From Octopus vulgaris (lineage: Eukaryota): DNA of 64,000 bases. Below are positions 1 through 15,054 of this stretch, one piece after another (position 1 is the stretch's first letter; each line of letters starts with the position of its first letter). The translations under genes and the position numbers were made by a program. The notes under the pieces are model-generated. The model saw only the letters and a program-made list of their open reading frames with translations. It searched no databases and was not told the DNA's origin. The stretch lies in contig OX597832.1 in assembly GCA_951406725.2 (NCBI GenBank), positions 50,282,001 to 50,346,000 on the forward strand. The letters run 5' to 3'.

Positions 1-567
1 AGGGACAGACGACAGAAACATATACTTGTGTATATATCTATAAATATATCTTTTGTCTGTTACTTATTTCAATCATTAGACTATGGAGCACTACCTTGAG
101 TTTTTATTTGAACAAATCAACCCCAGTAGATAGCATTAAAAAAAAAAAACCTGGCACTTATTCTATCAGTCTCTTTTGCCAAACTGCTAAGTTACAAAGT
201 TGTAAACACACCAACATCAGTCATCAAGTGGTTTAGACGACAAACACAGACGTAAATATGCACACACATGCATATATATATATATATATATATATAGATA
301 GATGTATTGGCACTTGTGCCAGTGGTATGTGAAAAGCAACATTTGAGTGAGGGCATAGCCAGGGCTGCTGGACTGGCTCCTGTGCAGGTGGCAGTACTGT
401 TGCCAGTACTGCTTGACTGGCCCTCGTGCCAGTGGCACGTAAAAGCACCCACTACACTCTCGGAGTGGTTGGCGTAAGGAAGAGCATCCATCTGGCTCAC
501 CAGTCCCCAGTCAAACCGTCCAACCTATGCTAGCATGGAAAGCAGACATTAACTGATGATGATGATG

Positions 568-607
<40 letters not shown>

Positions 608-1976
608 TACATACATACATACATGTAAGGGCACAAAACTTAGTGGTTAGAGTGTTGCTCTCATGATTGTGAGATCATGATTTCAATTCCTAGATCAGGT
701 GGTGCATTATGTTCTTGAGCAAAACATTTCATCTCACATTGATTTGCAATCACTTTTCATGTTTTCAAATCTAAAAGTGTTTAGGTACTGAATTATTTAC
801 GGGACATACTGTAAATTGTGTGTGTATGTACATATATGTGTGTGTGTGTGTGTATGTGTATCTGTGAGCTACACAAATTTACAAAGCCATGCTTAAAAAG
901 ATGAAAATATGTCAAGCTACAGTAACCTCTGCCTTACAGAAAAATTCCTCATTGTCAGATCCAAAGACCTGCTGAAAAATCTCTCTCAACCCACATTATA
1001 TTGCCTTTAAAAAATGGGACACTCTGAATAATGTAATCTAGGTTCATAAGTTTGCTCAATCAAGCTAAACTTTAGCTCCATATTATCAGCCATCTCCACT
1101 CAAATTCTAAACAAAAATTTGATTGAAATTCAATCTGCTGCCACATATCTAAATTCTTTTTCAATGAAGAATTTGGACTTGTGACAGCATTGAATGCACT
1201 CCAGTTATGTTATGTGAAGGTTAGCCATGTAACCAGCATTAGGTGCCATTTAACATTGTGTGTGCCAGTGCTGGTGTCCCATAAGGAATATCCATTCCAC
1301 ACTGTAAAATGGTTGGCATTAGGAAGGGCATCCAGCTGGAAAAGTCATGCCAAAACAGACCTTGCCAATGCTGGTACCATGTGAAAAGCACCCAGTTCAC
1401 TCTGTAAAGTGGCTGGCATTAGGAAGGACATCCAGCTGTAAAAACCATACTAAAACTGGCCTCTCCAGTGCAGGTGTTACATGAAAAGCACCCAGTCCAA
1501 TCTGTAAGGTGGTTGGCATTAGGAAGGGCATCCAGCTGTAAAAACCATGCCAAATCAGACAGTGGAACTTGGTGCACTCCTCTGGCTTACCAGCTCCTGT
1601 CAAGCTATCCAACCCATGCCAGCATGGAAAACAGATGTCCAATGATGATGATGAGATAGGTACAAGTGTGTCAGTCAAGGATGGCTCCATGCATACATAC
1701 CAAAAATAAGTATAACCATCATTTGCAAACGAATACAACTTGGTAGTTGTTTTGTTTTAGGTGCCTCTGTAGTCCTGGGTAGATATAGGCATCTTTTCAG
1801 CTGTCCCTCCCTTGGCCCAGCAGTGGATTGAAAATATGACGGACAGCTGGAGGTAGAGAGATTTACAGTGATTAGAGCTGAGCACAGTGGAGTTAATGAG
1901 AAATGAAGTGCATTGCCGAACTAGCCACTCAGGCTGGAAATTGAACCCATGACATTATGATTGTGAACCCAACACC

Positions 1977-2206
1977 TTAACCCTTTCATGACTGTATTTA
2001 TTTTGAGATGCTCTGTGTTTCTTTCAATTAATTTTAAATATAACAAATAATTTAGTAAAATAACTTAGTTATCATTAAGCTAGTGTTAGGAACATAAATT
2101 GTGACTAAGGTTTGGTGGAAGATTTTAATTCAAAACTTATGAAAACAAGACATTTGTACTACAGAGCCAGAGCCAGTTTCAGCTGGGTTGGTAACGAAAG
2201 GGTCAA
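1977..2206. mobile_element. piggyBac-type MITE (family 1)
   Basis: TTAA-CCCTTTCATGAC...GTAACGAAAGGG-TCAA terminal inverted repeats with TTAA-like target; homologous copies at 55441 and 58022. Confidence 0.8.
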
Positions 2207-2405
2207 AACACTAGGCCAGGCACCTTCACACATACATAGATACATACGAGAATACTTATATGCATACATACGAACACACACACATACACATTCACTCTTT
2301 CAGGCTACAAATTTCTTTTGCAAGGGTATATTGAGCACTTGTTCTTTATTAGATAAAACAACACCCATGCACACACACACACGCACGCACACACACACGC
2401 ACACA

Positions 2406-2436
<31 letters not shown>

Positions 2437-3212
2437 TTATTTGTCTATACCTTTTTCTCTTTCCTTTCTTTCATTCTCATTGTCACTCTCTCTCTTTCTC
2501 TCTCTCTCTCTCCGCCTCTCTCCCGCTCTCTCTTTCTACACACACACACACACACACACTCACACTCACATATTGTAGACCACATTAAGTCACTTACTGC
2601 AATAAGTGTATTGGAAAGTTGATGAAAAGGTGGTGGTGCTGATGGTGGGGAGGTCAGCACAACCCACATCACCACTCCCGTTCCCCTGCCCTTCCATCCC
2701 ACAGTACCATGGGAACACTGCTGAGAAGAAGGAGAGTGAGTCACTCCCACAATTAGCAAATTGAAGCCTGGCTATGTACGGCAACAGATTCAGAAAATCC
2801 AATCCACCATAGTTTAGTGTCTTGTCATCTGGTTGCAGAAAAGATATATTGAGACACTGTCTTTACGTATATATATCAAATTGATTGCCGTATATTATTA
2901 TTCATACATGCAGGCATATGCATAAGTTTGTTGATAGATACATCGCATCACACATACGCACACACATTCACACACACACACACGTGCATACACATGCACA
3001 TACATACGCACACACAATTATTCTCAGGCATACATTAAAATGCCTCTACGTTATTGCTTAAATGTTAATATACACTGTTAATATACGATATCATGTAAAT
3101 CAACACACATGAACATACGCAGTTATACATACATTACATACACATAGATAAATATATGTGTGTGTGTGTGGGGGGGTCTAACATATCTATCCATCATCTA
3201 TCTATCTATCTA

Positions 3213-3256
<44 letters not shown>

Positions 3257-5650
3257 TCCTGGGGTCGAGTTGCTCGATTAAAGGCGGTGTTCCAGCATGG
3301 CCACAGTCAAATGACTGAAACAAGTAAAAGAGTAAAAGAGTATATATAGGAAAATGGAAATTTTTGGTATTATTTCTTTTCCATTCATTTTTTAATAAGA
3401 ATCACCAAGATTTACATGTTTGATAAACGTAAAGAATTTCCTGTTAGAAACTCTCCAGATAAAGAATAATCACAACACATATTGATTATGATGTTGGAAT
3501 ATGCAGATAAGCTTCAAGAGGAAACAGCTAGGGTTTACCCTAACTAATCTGCATAATATATATTAAGACGGTGCCCCAGCAGGGCCACAATCTAATGACT
3601 GAAATAAGTAAAAAGATGAAAGATATATAACCAAAGCACAATTATATATATATATATATATAATTAGTGTGTGTATATTGTCATTGTTTAACAACCCATG
3701 CTTGCATGGATCAGGTAAAGTTTGAAGCAGTGTTTCAGTGGCCAGATGTCCTTCAAGTTCCAAGGCCAGATGACCTCCCTGTTCAATGGCCAGATGCCCT
3801 TCCTGTTGTCAACTCTCACCTGTTTTTGGCATGGTTTTTACTGCTGGATGCCCTTCCTAATGCCAACCACTGGCGTGGCCTTCCCAACGGGCAGATATTT
3901 TTACAAAATATTGGAAATGAATCATATTACTTGTATGACGGTGGCACTCACACACACAACAGGCATTTTTCAGTTTCTGTCTACCAGATGTACTCACAAG
4001 GTTATAGTAGGAGACACTTACCCAAGGTGTCACACACTATGGGGCTGAACCTGAAGCTACGTAGTTGGGAGACAAGCTTCTTAACCAAACAGCCACACCT
4101 TTATGAGATGTTTTCTTACAGCATGGTCAAATGTTTCAACTCTTAATTGACTAAAACACATGAAGGGGTGCTCTAGAATGGTCGTAGTAAGTGCAAATAC
4201 TAACACCAATTAAAGTTTTAAAAAATTCAATAAATCTACACTTTAAAGATGAGGTTAATTGTCTGGAAAATTAAGTTTCATTGTCATTCTGTCTGTACCA
4301 TAAACTACAATGGAATCCTCATTTCATTGCAATATTGTGATTTCAGCTGTTACACCATAGCCTGGAGATCTGTCTGTTTATCTTGTTTGTATGTGTGTGT
4401 AGTGGCTGGAGAAGTCACTCATTCCTTGGCAGCATTGTGATTTTATTGTTATACAATAAACTAAGAGAGCTGCATGTGTGTGTGCGTGTGTGTGTGTGTG
4501 TGTTGGAATAGGTCACCTGATGATTGGCAATTAAACTGATTGAAACATCGTTGAACATTGTATTGTGGTAGAGGGGTGGGAAGTGATTGAGAAGTTGTCT
4601 CTCCGCAGTGCAAGTTTGATTCCTGGTTGAGTCATTGCACTTCACTTACTCTTTCCACCTAATGATGTGAGAGTCTCTGTGAGTTGCTCACTCTGCTAGA
4701 GACAGCAGCTAAATATCCATCAGATCACTTTCTACTATTTTAGAAATAAGGAAAAACACATTAGGTAATATAATTCAGAGTGCTACACATCATCATCATC
4801 ATCATCATCATCATTTAACATCAGCCTTCCATGCTGGCATGGGTTGGATGGTTTGACAGGAGCTGGTCAAGTAAAAGATGTTACCATATACATTTTTACA
4901 AATCAAGGACGTTATATAGACCTCCTTGACTCAAGTTAGAGAAGGGGTGTGTATTATACACAAGGTTTACGTTTTTTTCTGACATACAGCCCCCTAAAAA
5001 TCCCCTGCGTATTATACTCAAGGGCGGACTATACTTGTGGATTTATGGTATGCCCATGTGTTTGTGCATGCGCACGTGCAAACACACACACACAAATACT
5101 GCATAAAAATGAAGATTGGTGATAATCCAGCAACCCATTAGAGTCTTATGGAACTTTTGCCATTTTCACACACATTTTGATATATTATGAGCTTATATGA
5201 TGAAAAGTTGAAGTAAAATGATTATGTTCAAATCTACTGCAGTCATTTGGGGCAGAATGCTGAATGCTGTATGCTTCTTTTGTTTTTAAAATTTCAGTTA
5301 GTTCATAGGATCCAGATCATTTTGGAATTGTACAGAGAGATAACAGGGAAACGCCATAGTAGGATAGAGAGGTGGGTGCTATGCTAGGAGAGGTAAAGCT
5401 AAATTAGGAGGAATGAACAGGTAGAAAGAAGTGATACTGGAGAAGTTAGTAATTAGAGATAGGGAAACCAAAAGCTAAGAATGAAAGATGACGGAATAGA
5501 ACAGTGAAGAATAAACGATGGAAAATGTAGAAAAAATGAAAAATGATGAGAAGCTGAGGTAAAGCGAAAGGTTTTAATATATTACTTTGAACAGTGAAGA
5601 GGCTTTTGGATAGATAGATTGAGCATCATTTCTAGGACCCTGGAATAAGT

Positions 5651-6625
5651 GGAGCTGGCAGAAATGTTTGCACGCCGGGCGAAATGCATAATGTTATTTC
5701 GTCTGCCGCTACGTTCTGAGTTCAAATTCCGCCGAGGTCGACTTTGCCTTTCATTCTTTCGGGGTCGATTAAATAAGTACCAGTTACACACTGGGGGGGG
5801 TCGATATAATTGACTTAATCCATTTGTCTGTCCTTGTTTGTCCCCTCTGTGTTCAGCCCCTTGTGGGTAATAAAGAAATAGGTATTTCATCTGCCATTAC
5901 ATTCTGACTTCAAATTCCGCCGAGGTCGACTTTGCCTTTCATTCTTTCGGGGTCGATTAAATAAGTACCAGTTACACACTGGGGGGGGGGGGGTCGATAT
6001 AATCGACTTAATCCATTTGTCTGTCCTTGTTTGTCCCCTCTGTGTTCAGCCCCTTGTGGGTAATAAAGAAATAGGTATTTCATCTGCCATTACATTCTGA
6101 CTTCAAATTCCGCTGAAGTCGACTTTGCCTTTCATCTTTCAGGGTCGATTAAATAAGTACCAGTTACGCACTGGGATCGATATAATCGACTTAATACCTA
6201 TGTCTGTCCTTGTTTGTCCCCTCTATGTTTAGCCCCTTGTGGGTAGTAAAGAAATAGGTATTTCTTCTGCCGTTACGTTCTGAGTTCAAATTCCACCGAG
6301 GTCAACTTTGCCTTTCATCCTTTCGGGGGTCGATTAAATAAGTACCAGTTATGCACCGGGGTCGATATAATCGACTTAATCCATTTGTCTGTCCTTGTTT
6401 GTCCCTTCTATGTTTAGCCCCTTGTGGGTAGTAAAGAAATAGGTATTTCTTCTGCCGCTGCGGTCTGAGTTCAAATTCCGGCGAGTTGACTTTGCCTTTC
6501 ATCTTTTTGGGGTCGATTAAATAAGTACCAGTTACGCACTGGGGTCGATATAATCGACTTAATCCGTTTGTCTGTCCCTGTTTGTCCCCTCTGTGTGTAG
6601 CCCCTTGTGGGCAGTAAAGAAATAG
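5651..6625 (+). mobile_element. Pentameric array of a tRNA-derived SINE (family S1)
   Basis: A-box-like GAGCTGGCAGAAATGTT and B-box GAGTTCAAATTCC, five ~185-bp bodies; flanking duplication GGAATAAGTGGAG at 5642-5654 and 6626-6638. Confidence 0.85.
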
Positions 6626-7988
6626 GGAATAAGTGGAGGTTTGTCTCTCATTTGCTTAATGTTATGTCACCAGAGTCTAGTTCTGACTCCTGAATGCCTC
6701 TTGGATCTTGGAAGACATTTGCAGTTTTATTTACTTACATACATAATAATTAACACTCCTGTTGTTTTATCTCTCTCTCTCTCTCTCTCTCACAGTATTG
6801 ATGATTAAACATCATTGTGTTGTGTCCTGATCAATATTGTATTCACCCACGTATATATATACATGTGCAAATGGGAGATATATGATGTGGTATGTGCATT
6901 GCTGAGAAGCACTTTGTTCCGTGATCTCTTCTAAGACTTGTGAAGATATTTACTTTTGAACGCACATAAATACTGTATTGTCATCATACATATATTAACA
7001 TCGTTGATGACAGCGACCATCTTCATCATTCTGTTCCATGTTGGCATACAACACAGCGTATGTTTGGATATGCATATATATATATGTATGCTTGCTATTA
7101 TTAACATCACTACTGATGAAAATGCTTATTATCAACTCTATCGCCACCACCACTACCACCACCACCTACTACTACTACTACTATTATCTGAGGAAGTTCA
7201 GTGTGCAGTTTAGGAGACTAATTATGAGAAAGATATATATATAAAAAAATAAATAAACGGTCTCTAATTATCTGAATCAGTCAGGAATGAGAGAGGGGAG
7301 GTGGGGAAGTCATGCCGTGGATGGTTGGACGGATGAATGAATGGAAGAGATATCTGGTGCTTTTGTTGTTATTGTTGTCTTCATTAGTGGTAGTGGCGGT
7401 GGTGGTGGTGGTGTGGACAAGAAATGAGCTGTAAATGTGATAGTGGTGACACAGTGGTCATGATGATGATGATGATGATGTTGGTTGTGATGGTAATATT
7501 CTGTTAGCGGTGATAGTGATGATGGTAAAGCTGGTAGGAGGTGTTGTTGTTGTTGGTGGTGGTGGTGGTGGTGGTGACTGTTTCTACGGTGATAGTGGTA
7601 CTGTTTAAAGGGTGCTTTAAATCCTCTTTGCCAAATATTTTTTCGATGCCAATGAACTAGATGAGGAAATAATTGGTGTGGTGGTGGTGGCAGTGGCGGC
7701 AGCGGTGATGATGATGATGGTGGTGGTGGTGGTGCCGGTTGTGGTGAAGATCATGCTTATGATGACAAAAAAAAAGAAAAAAAAAAGAAGAAACCTATCT
7801 CCACAGATTATTCATAAAGGTTGCAGAAAGTTTGGGGTAGGAAGTGAAGAATATAGAATGGAATGGAACGGTGCTTCACTGAGCTTTGGTTTCACTTTCT
7901 TTTTCCTCCTCTCATTTCTCACTTATCTCTTTCTTCCTTTATCTCTCCCATTCTCTCTCTTGCCCATTTATCTCCTCTCTCTTTCTCA

Positions 7989-8019
<31 letters not shown>

Positions 8020-9361
8020 GTATATCTGTATATGTATATATTAGTATATATGTATATGTTTGTATATGTATATGCATATATATGTATATATATATATCTG
8101 TATATGTATATATTAGTATATATGTATATATAAGTATATATGTATGTATATGTATATATGTATATGTGTGTGCATATATATATGTATGTATATATGTATA
8201 TATCTCTGTTCAAGATGATTGATCAGTCACAATCAGTTGCAATTTACCACACACATACACAAACTCTAGATTACTTTCTCACACACACACACACACACAC
8301 ACACTGCTTTTACCCAGCGCCACCACCTCTTCATACCCTTCAGGGTATGTGCTCTTTGTTGCTAATTGCTGTGGTTACTCCTAATATCACACTTTACAAA
8401 CCAATTTTTACTGCTCCTGATGTTGTTGTTGTTGTTCTTCTTCTTGTGTTGAGTGGGTTTTTTTAAAGTTTTTTACTTGTATAATGCGATGACCTTTTGT
8501 GTAAGTAACATTTAACAAACATGTAACATTTCTGTTATCTCTCACTCTCTTTCATGCATGCATATAACCCCCCACAATCTCTCTCTCTCTACCTACCTAT
8601 CTATTTATCTCTTTCTCTTCTCTCTCTCTCTCTCTCTCTCCCTGCTTTGAACTTTGTGTATGCATGCATGTATGTTTGCACACACACACATACATGCACA
8701 CACACACATACACATAGATATGCATATCTACATGCACATATGTATTTGCTTTGTTGCATTTTGTAAGCATGTCGTGCAAATTCTCATACTGTGTGTGTAT
8801 GTACATGCGGGTATGTGTTTGTGTATCTGTTTCTCTCTGCATATAAATACACACACACACACACACACATACATACGTAATATCTAGAGTGAAAGAAAGA
8901 GATCCTGCTCTTTGAAGAAACAGACGAGGAAGGTTTTTGTATAGTTCTGCATATTATGAAGCACACACACACACACATACACACATATTTTGTATACCAG
9001 CTTATTATGTGCTTATTATCTTCATTTTTAATTTCCTGCTGGCATGGGCTGGATGGGTCATCGCAGTCTCAGCCAGGTCCTATTCTGAGTTACTATCCTG
9101 TTGGATGGGTCACAGACCACGTTTTGCTTATACGTCGTCTATTTGACATGATTTCTGTAGCTGGTTCCTTTACTAACATCAACCTGTTTAAAGAGTGTAC
9201 TGGGTGCATTTTATTGTGTCACCGGCACCAGAGGTCTAAAGGGTCCCTTCAACCCTTCATCATCTTTGATCATTTAGCAACCACTTTAAGGGCTGTGCTG
9301 AGTGCATTTTATCATGGCACCAAAAAAAAAAAAGGGGGTGCGGGACACTCTCTTTATTATT

Positions 9362-9662
9362 ATGATAAGGGTTTTAGTTGATCCAATTGACAGAACAACC
9401 TGCTTGTGAAATTTAACATGCAAGTGGCTGAGTACTCCATAGACATGTTACCCTTAACATAGTTCTCTGGGAGATTCAGCGTGACACAGCATGTGACAAG
9501 GTTGACCCTTTGAATTACAGGTACTATTCGTTTTTGCTATCTGAGTGGACTGGAGCAATGTGAAATAAATTGTATTGCTCAAGGACAACATGCGGCCAGG
9601 AATTGAACACACAACCTTACTATCATGAGCCGAATGTCCTAACCACTAAGCCATGTGCTTTC
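9362..9662 (-). mobile_element. tRNA-derived SINE (family D), decayed
   Basis: Reverse-complement homologue of 25081-25391; tRNA-like head TGGCTTAGTGGTTAGG on the minus strand. Confidence 0.7.
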
Positions 9663-10486
9663 ATGGAACAAATACACACACACACATTTAGTTCATTCTG
9701 AGTTCAAATCCTGCCTGGGTTGACTTTGTTTTATCTTGCCAAGGTCAAGAAAATAGGTATTTGTCAAGTAATAACATTAATATAACTGAATAATCTCCAC
9801 CTTATCAAAAACTTTTGAGGCCATATGCCTGTGTCAGGCCTCAGTATTTGTTTTCAGTTCAGATTTCTGATTTCAATTCTTACCATTGGAACCATTTTAT
9901 TTCACTCACTTCGCTAAAAGATCTCAAGCAAAGTATGAACATCACTACACTTTGTTTCTTGTCTCTTAATATCTCAGGTCTCAGTGTTCAATATTTCTAT
10001 GTAAGAACCTGCTGTTAACTACACCAGATTTCAGATTAATTCAACATCATCATTAGCATCATCATCATCATCGTCACCATCATCATCATCATTTTTTTAA
10101 TCTTATAGTATATATAGACAGACATGATTGTCTGCGAAAACATTGGCTCTTCAATATGATTCAATTCAGTTTATGGCAGTTGCATAACATCACCTCTGGT
10201 TACTAAAATGTCAGAAAACTGTATAAAAATCATGATTTTAAATGTCAAGTAGAAAATTGTATTTTTCAAAAATTTTATTTAGGAAAATTTCTTCTTCCTA
10301 TTGATCATGTTCATTGTCGTTGTTGTCGTCATCGTCATCATCATCATCATCATCATTTAATGTCTGTTTTCCATGCTGATATGGGTTGCATGGTCTGATA
10401 GGAGCTAGTAAGGCCATGGACTGCACCAGACTCCACTGTCTGTTCTAACATAGTTTCTACAGCTGGATGCCCTTCCTAATGCCAAC

Positions 10487-10582
10487 CACTGTCATTCATC
10501 ATCATTTAATCACTGTCATTCATCATCGTTTAATCACTGTCATTCATCATCATTTAATCACTGTCATTCATCATCATTCAAC
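10487..10582. repeat. 24-bp tandem repeat, 4 copies
   Basis: CACTGTCATTCATCATCATTTAAT at 10487, 10511, 10535 and 10559. Confidence 0.85.
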
Positions 10583-11010
10583 GTTTGATTTTCCTTGCTT
10601 GCACGGGTCACATGGAAATTGTTAAGGCAGATGTTCTACATATGGGTGGGTGCCTTTCCTGTTGCCAGCCCTCACCTATCTCTGAGCATTCTTTTTTTTT
10701 CTTTTATCCTTTTACTTGTTTCAGTCATTTGACTGTGGCCATGCTGGAGCACTGCCTTACGTGTATTTTTTTAATTAAAGAAATCGCCCCCAGGTCTTAT
10801 TCTTTATAAACCTAGTATTTATTCTCTTTTGCTGAACTGTTAAGGTACGGGGATGTAAACACACCAACATCGGGTGTGAAGTGATGGTGGGTGGATGGTG
10901 GGGTGGGACAAACACAGACTCAAATGCACACACACATTTTGCCTGGCATACTAATGATTCTGACAGCTCTCTGCCTTACTTTGTCCCATTATTAATCTGT
11001 TGTTTAGAAA

Positions 11011-11420
11011 ATCATCATCATCGTTTAACGTCCGTTCTCCATGCTAGCATGGGTTGGACGGTTCAACTGGGGTCTGGGAAGCCAGAAGGCTGCACCAGGC
11101 CCAGTCTGATCTGACAGTGTTTCTACAGTTGGATGCCCTTCCTAATGCCAACCACTCCGTGAGTGTAGTGGGTGCTTTTTACATGCCACCGGCACGGGGG
11201 TCAATCAGGTGGTACTGGCAGCAACCTCGCTTGAAGCTTTTTACACATGCCACCGGCACAGGTGCCAGATGAGGCTGGCAAATGGCCACGATCGGATGGT
11301 GCTTTTTATGTGCCACCGGTACGGAGACCAGACGAGGCTGGCAACGGCCACGATCGGATGGTGCTTTTTACGTGCCACCGGCACTGAGGCCAGTCAGGGC
11401 GGCGCTGGCTACGGCCACGT
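11011..11420 (-). mobile_element. RTE-LINE 3' UTR fragment with (GAT)n tail
   Basis: Same family as 41221-42080; GGATGCCCTTCCTAATGCCAACCAC motif and internal ~55-bp repeats. Confidence 0.7.
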
Positions 11421-12399
11421 TATAATTAAACAAAATGTTTTCATATGAAATTATTACAGAAGATTTGAATTTAAATATGGCATATGTAAATTTTAATTTT
11501 GGCACAAGGCCAGCAATTTTAGGAAAGGGGTAGGTCGATGTCATCAACTCCAGTGCTCAACTGGTACTTATTTTATTAACCTTGGCAGGATAAAAAGTGA
11601 ATTCAACTTCAGTGAAAATTGAACTCAGAACCTAATGGGCCAGAAGAAATACTGGAAAGTGATTTTTTTTTTTCGGACACTCTAATGATTCTGCCAGCTT
11701 GCCAACATATGTAAATGAGAAATCTTATAGCAGACCAGATGTGGTTTCAGGCAGTTAAGTATCCTAGGGGTTAAACCAATGCTGTACTATTTCTGTCATT
11801 CAGACCCCTGCCCCTCATAGTGCTAACAGTGAAAATAATTGGGGCTTGTTGAGAGATGTTTAACTGGAACTTTAAGCCTATTCAGCAACAAAACACATTA
11901 GCTTGGGTGGGTGGGGTTGCTGGTTACTGTTTCTCTTGCAGAGAAACCCTTGTGTGGTTATGTCAATGCTAATTGTGGTATAGTTACTCGAATGGTCATG
12001 GTTGTAGTGACGGAAGTGGCGAGGATGATGGCGATGGCGGTGGCGTTAATAATAGCAATGATGGCATTTTGCGGAGGAAAGATAATACTGCTGGGCTGGA
12101 GGAAAGGAGCACTTCTGTGGGTGTGGTGTCGCGGAGGACGGATGGAGAATGCATAAGGTAACTCACCTGATGTAGAAATTAACCAAATGGCTGACACAGA
12201 ATGGGGAAAAGTAGCGATAAGATAAGATAAGGAGTTAAACTCATTAAGGGATATGGTCTGTTTCTGGCTTAATGTTCTGTATCTTGTTTAGCTATAATGA
12301 ACTCATTAGTTATTGGTAGCAGTGAGGGTGGAGGGGTTGGGAAAGAGTAAACAGGGGTGAGTGGATGGGGGGTAGCATGATGTAGGATTTTTATTATCT

Positions 12400-12792
12400 T
12401 TCCTTCTCTCTTTCCCTCCCCGCTCTCTCTTTCTCACTTTCTCTCTCTTTCTCTCTCTCTCTTTCTCTTTCTCTCTCTCTCTTTCTCTTTCTCTCTCTCT
12501 CTTTCTCTTTCTCTCTTTCTCACTCTCACTTTCTCACTCTTTCACTTTCTCACTCACTCACTCTCTCTCTTTTTCTCCCTCTCTCTCTTTCTCTCTCTCT
12601 CTCTTCTTCTCTCTCTCTCTCTTTCTCACTCTCTCTCTTCCTCTCACTCTCTCTTTCTCACTCTCTCCCTTTCTCACTCTCTCTTTCTCCCCTCTCTCTC
12701 TTTCTCCCTCTCTCTCTATCTCACGCTCTCTCTTTCTCTCTCATTCTTTCTCTCTTTCTCTCTTTCTCACTCTCACTCTTTCTCTCTCTCGT
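12400..12792. repeat. Degenerate (CT)n polypyrimidine tract
   Basis: About 390 bp of almost exclusively C/T. Confidence 0.95.
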
Positions 12793-14827
12793 TCATCTTT
12801 TAATTATTCTTCTTTACTGGCTTGCTATCATCTTCACATGGTTTGAATTTGATCTCCTGATCACAAAATATGTATCTGTTTGTGTGTGTGTATGTTTATG
12901 TATGCATATGTGTGTGTATGTTTGTGTATGTGTGCATGTGTGTATGCATGTGTGTGTGTGTTTGTGAATGTATGTGTGTGTGTGATATGTGTATATATAA
13001 ACACATACATATACACATATTGTAAGTTACAGGTGCGCAGTCAGAGTTCAACCTGCCAAATATACCATAATTCAATGTGGGTTAAGCCTAATCCTATCTC
13101 GTTTGTGGCAGGAGCCCGTCATCATCATCATTTTTATCATTGTCATCATTATCATCATCATTTAACATCCGGCTTCCATGCTGATATTTTTTTCCCCTGG
13201 CACCCACTTATTAATGGCCTTACGCATTACCCCTCAATCACCTGGTAATCTCCTCAACTATTAAAACATCCGGAGTCATCTGTGGCTGACACTCAGTAGA
13301 TTAGGGATCATCTTGATCTGCATGGCATTAATTGCTGCGGCAACAATCTGCTTTGTATTCATGCATTGTAGATGCAAGTATGGTTGTGTGCTGAAGAAGT
13401 TTTGCTTCCCAACCACAAGGTTTCAGGTTCAGCCCCTTTCTGTGGAACTTTTAAAATTAAGTTTCCAGAAATCTGACCATTTTTTTTTGGTTTTTTTTTT
13501 ACTCCTTCTGGACATTCTTGGTTGTTTTTTTGTTGTTCTTTTTTACTTGATTCATGTAAATTTATTTCACTTTCCAAAAGGTGATTCAATATTCATGAAT
13601 CTCCAAATGTTAAAAAAATAATAGAAGATACAAGGAGACCTATTGAGTCAAGTAAGTCAACACCAACATCAAAATAAAAATCAAATGGAAATTGTAGTTA
13701 TGATACCCGTTCCAGTGGCACATAAAAAGCACCATCCGAATGTGGCTGATGCCAGTGCCGCCTGACTGGCGTCCATGTCAGTGACGCATAAAAAGCACCA
13801 ACCAATCATGGCCATTTGCCAGCCTCCTCTGGCCTCTGTGCTGGTGGCACGTAAAAAGCACCCACTACACTCACGGAGTGGTTGGCGTTAGGAAGGGCAT
13901 CCAGCTGTAGAAACACTGCCAGATCAGACTGGAGCCTGGCACAGCCTCCTGGCTTCCCAGACCCTGGTTGAACCATCCAACCCACGCTAGCATGGAAAAT
14001 GGATGTTAAACGATGATGATGATGATATGCCACATGGTTCCAGGTTCAGTCCCATTGTGTGGCATGTATCTTCTACTGTAACTTTAGGCCAACCAATGCC
14101 ATGTGGTAGATGGAAACTGTATGGAAGCTTGTTGGAGGTCTGGTGGGTGGCAAAATATGCTTTCTGGTGACAAAGTCAAAAATGGTGTGATGACATCAAG
14201 GACTGAATAGGGGTGGGCAGTTCGAGACTGCAGTGTGTGATAAGGAGTGGTGATTATGTGTGAGGGCCTGACTGTCAGCCACTAGAAAGGGCATCATACT
14301 CAGTAATTGTCATGTTTGTTTTAATGGTCACTTTTCCATGCTTCTATGGGTCAGGTGGAATTTGTCGAGGCACATTTTCTATGGTTAGATGTCCTTTCTG
14401 TCACCAGCTCCCATCCGTTTCCAAGTAAGGTTAGTATTTCTCTATGGCTGGGCATGTTACCATGGGTATTTGGAAACAAAGGACACCGCTTGTATAACAG
14501 TGAAACTTGTTTACAACAATCATGTGATGTCAAGACAAGGAGACACCAATGCACACACATATAAGGGTAGGTCAGAAAGTACTGCAGTTTTTGTTTTCAT
14601 TACTTTCTGACTCCTCTTCATATATTGTATTCTTTTATTCTTTTATTTGTTTCAGTCATTTAACTGTGGCCATACTGGAGCACTGCCTTTAAGTATGATG
14701 AACTTCTTTCAGTTTCCATCTACCAAATCCACTCACAAGACTTTGGCCATTCTGGGGTTTTAGTGGAAGACACTTGCCATAGTGCCACACAATGTGATTG
14801 AACCTGCAATCAACCAAATGAGGTTTT

Positions 14828-15054
14828 TTTACCTTTTAGTATTTAAACCGGCCATATCTGGCCAAAATAGTTAATCTGTTTTATGTTCAAACTGACCAGA
14901 TCCAGGCTTTCACACCTACCCTACAATGTTATTCTACATTAGGTAATTACACCATCAAGATCTTGAAGATATGAGATAATGCATGATTAATTCAAATCAA
15001 TGGGAATCAATAAGCATTATGTTTGATTGAATAATCTGAACACTAAAGGGTTAA
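14828..15054. mobile_element. piggyBac-type MITE (family 2)
   Basis: Ends CACTAAAGGG-TTAA with a degenerate left TIR; a partial homologue starts TTAACCCTTTAGC near 32236. Confidence 0.65.
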
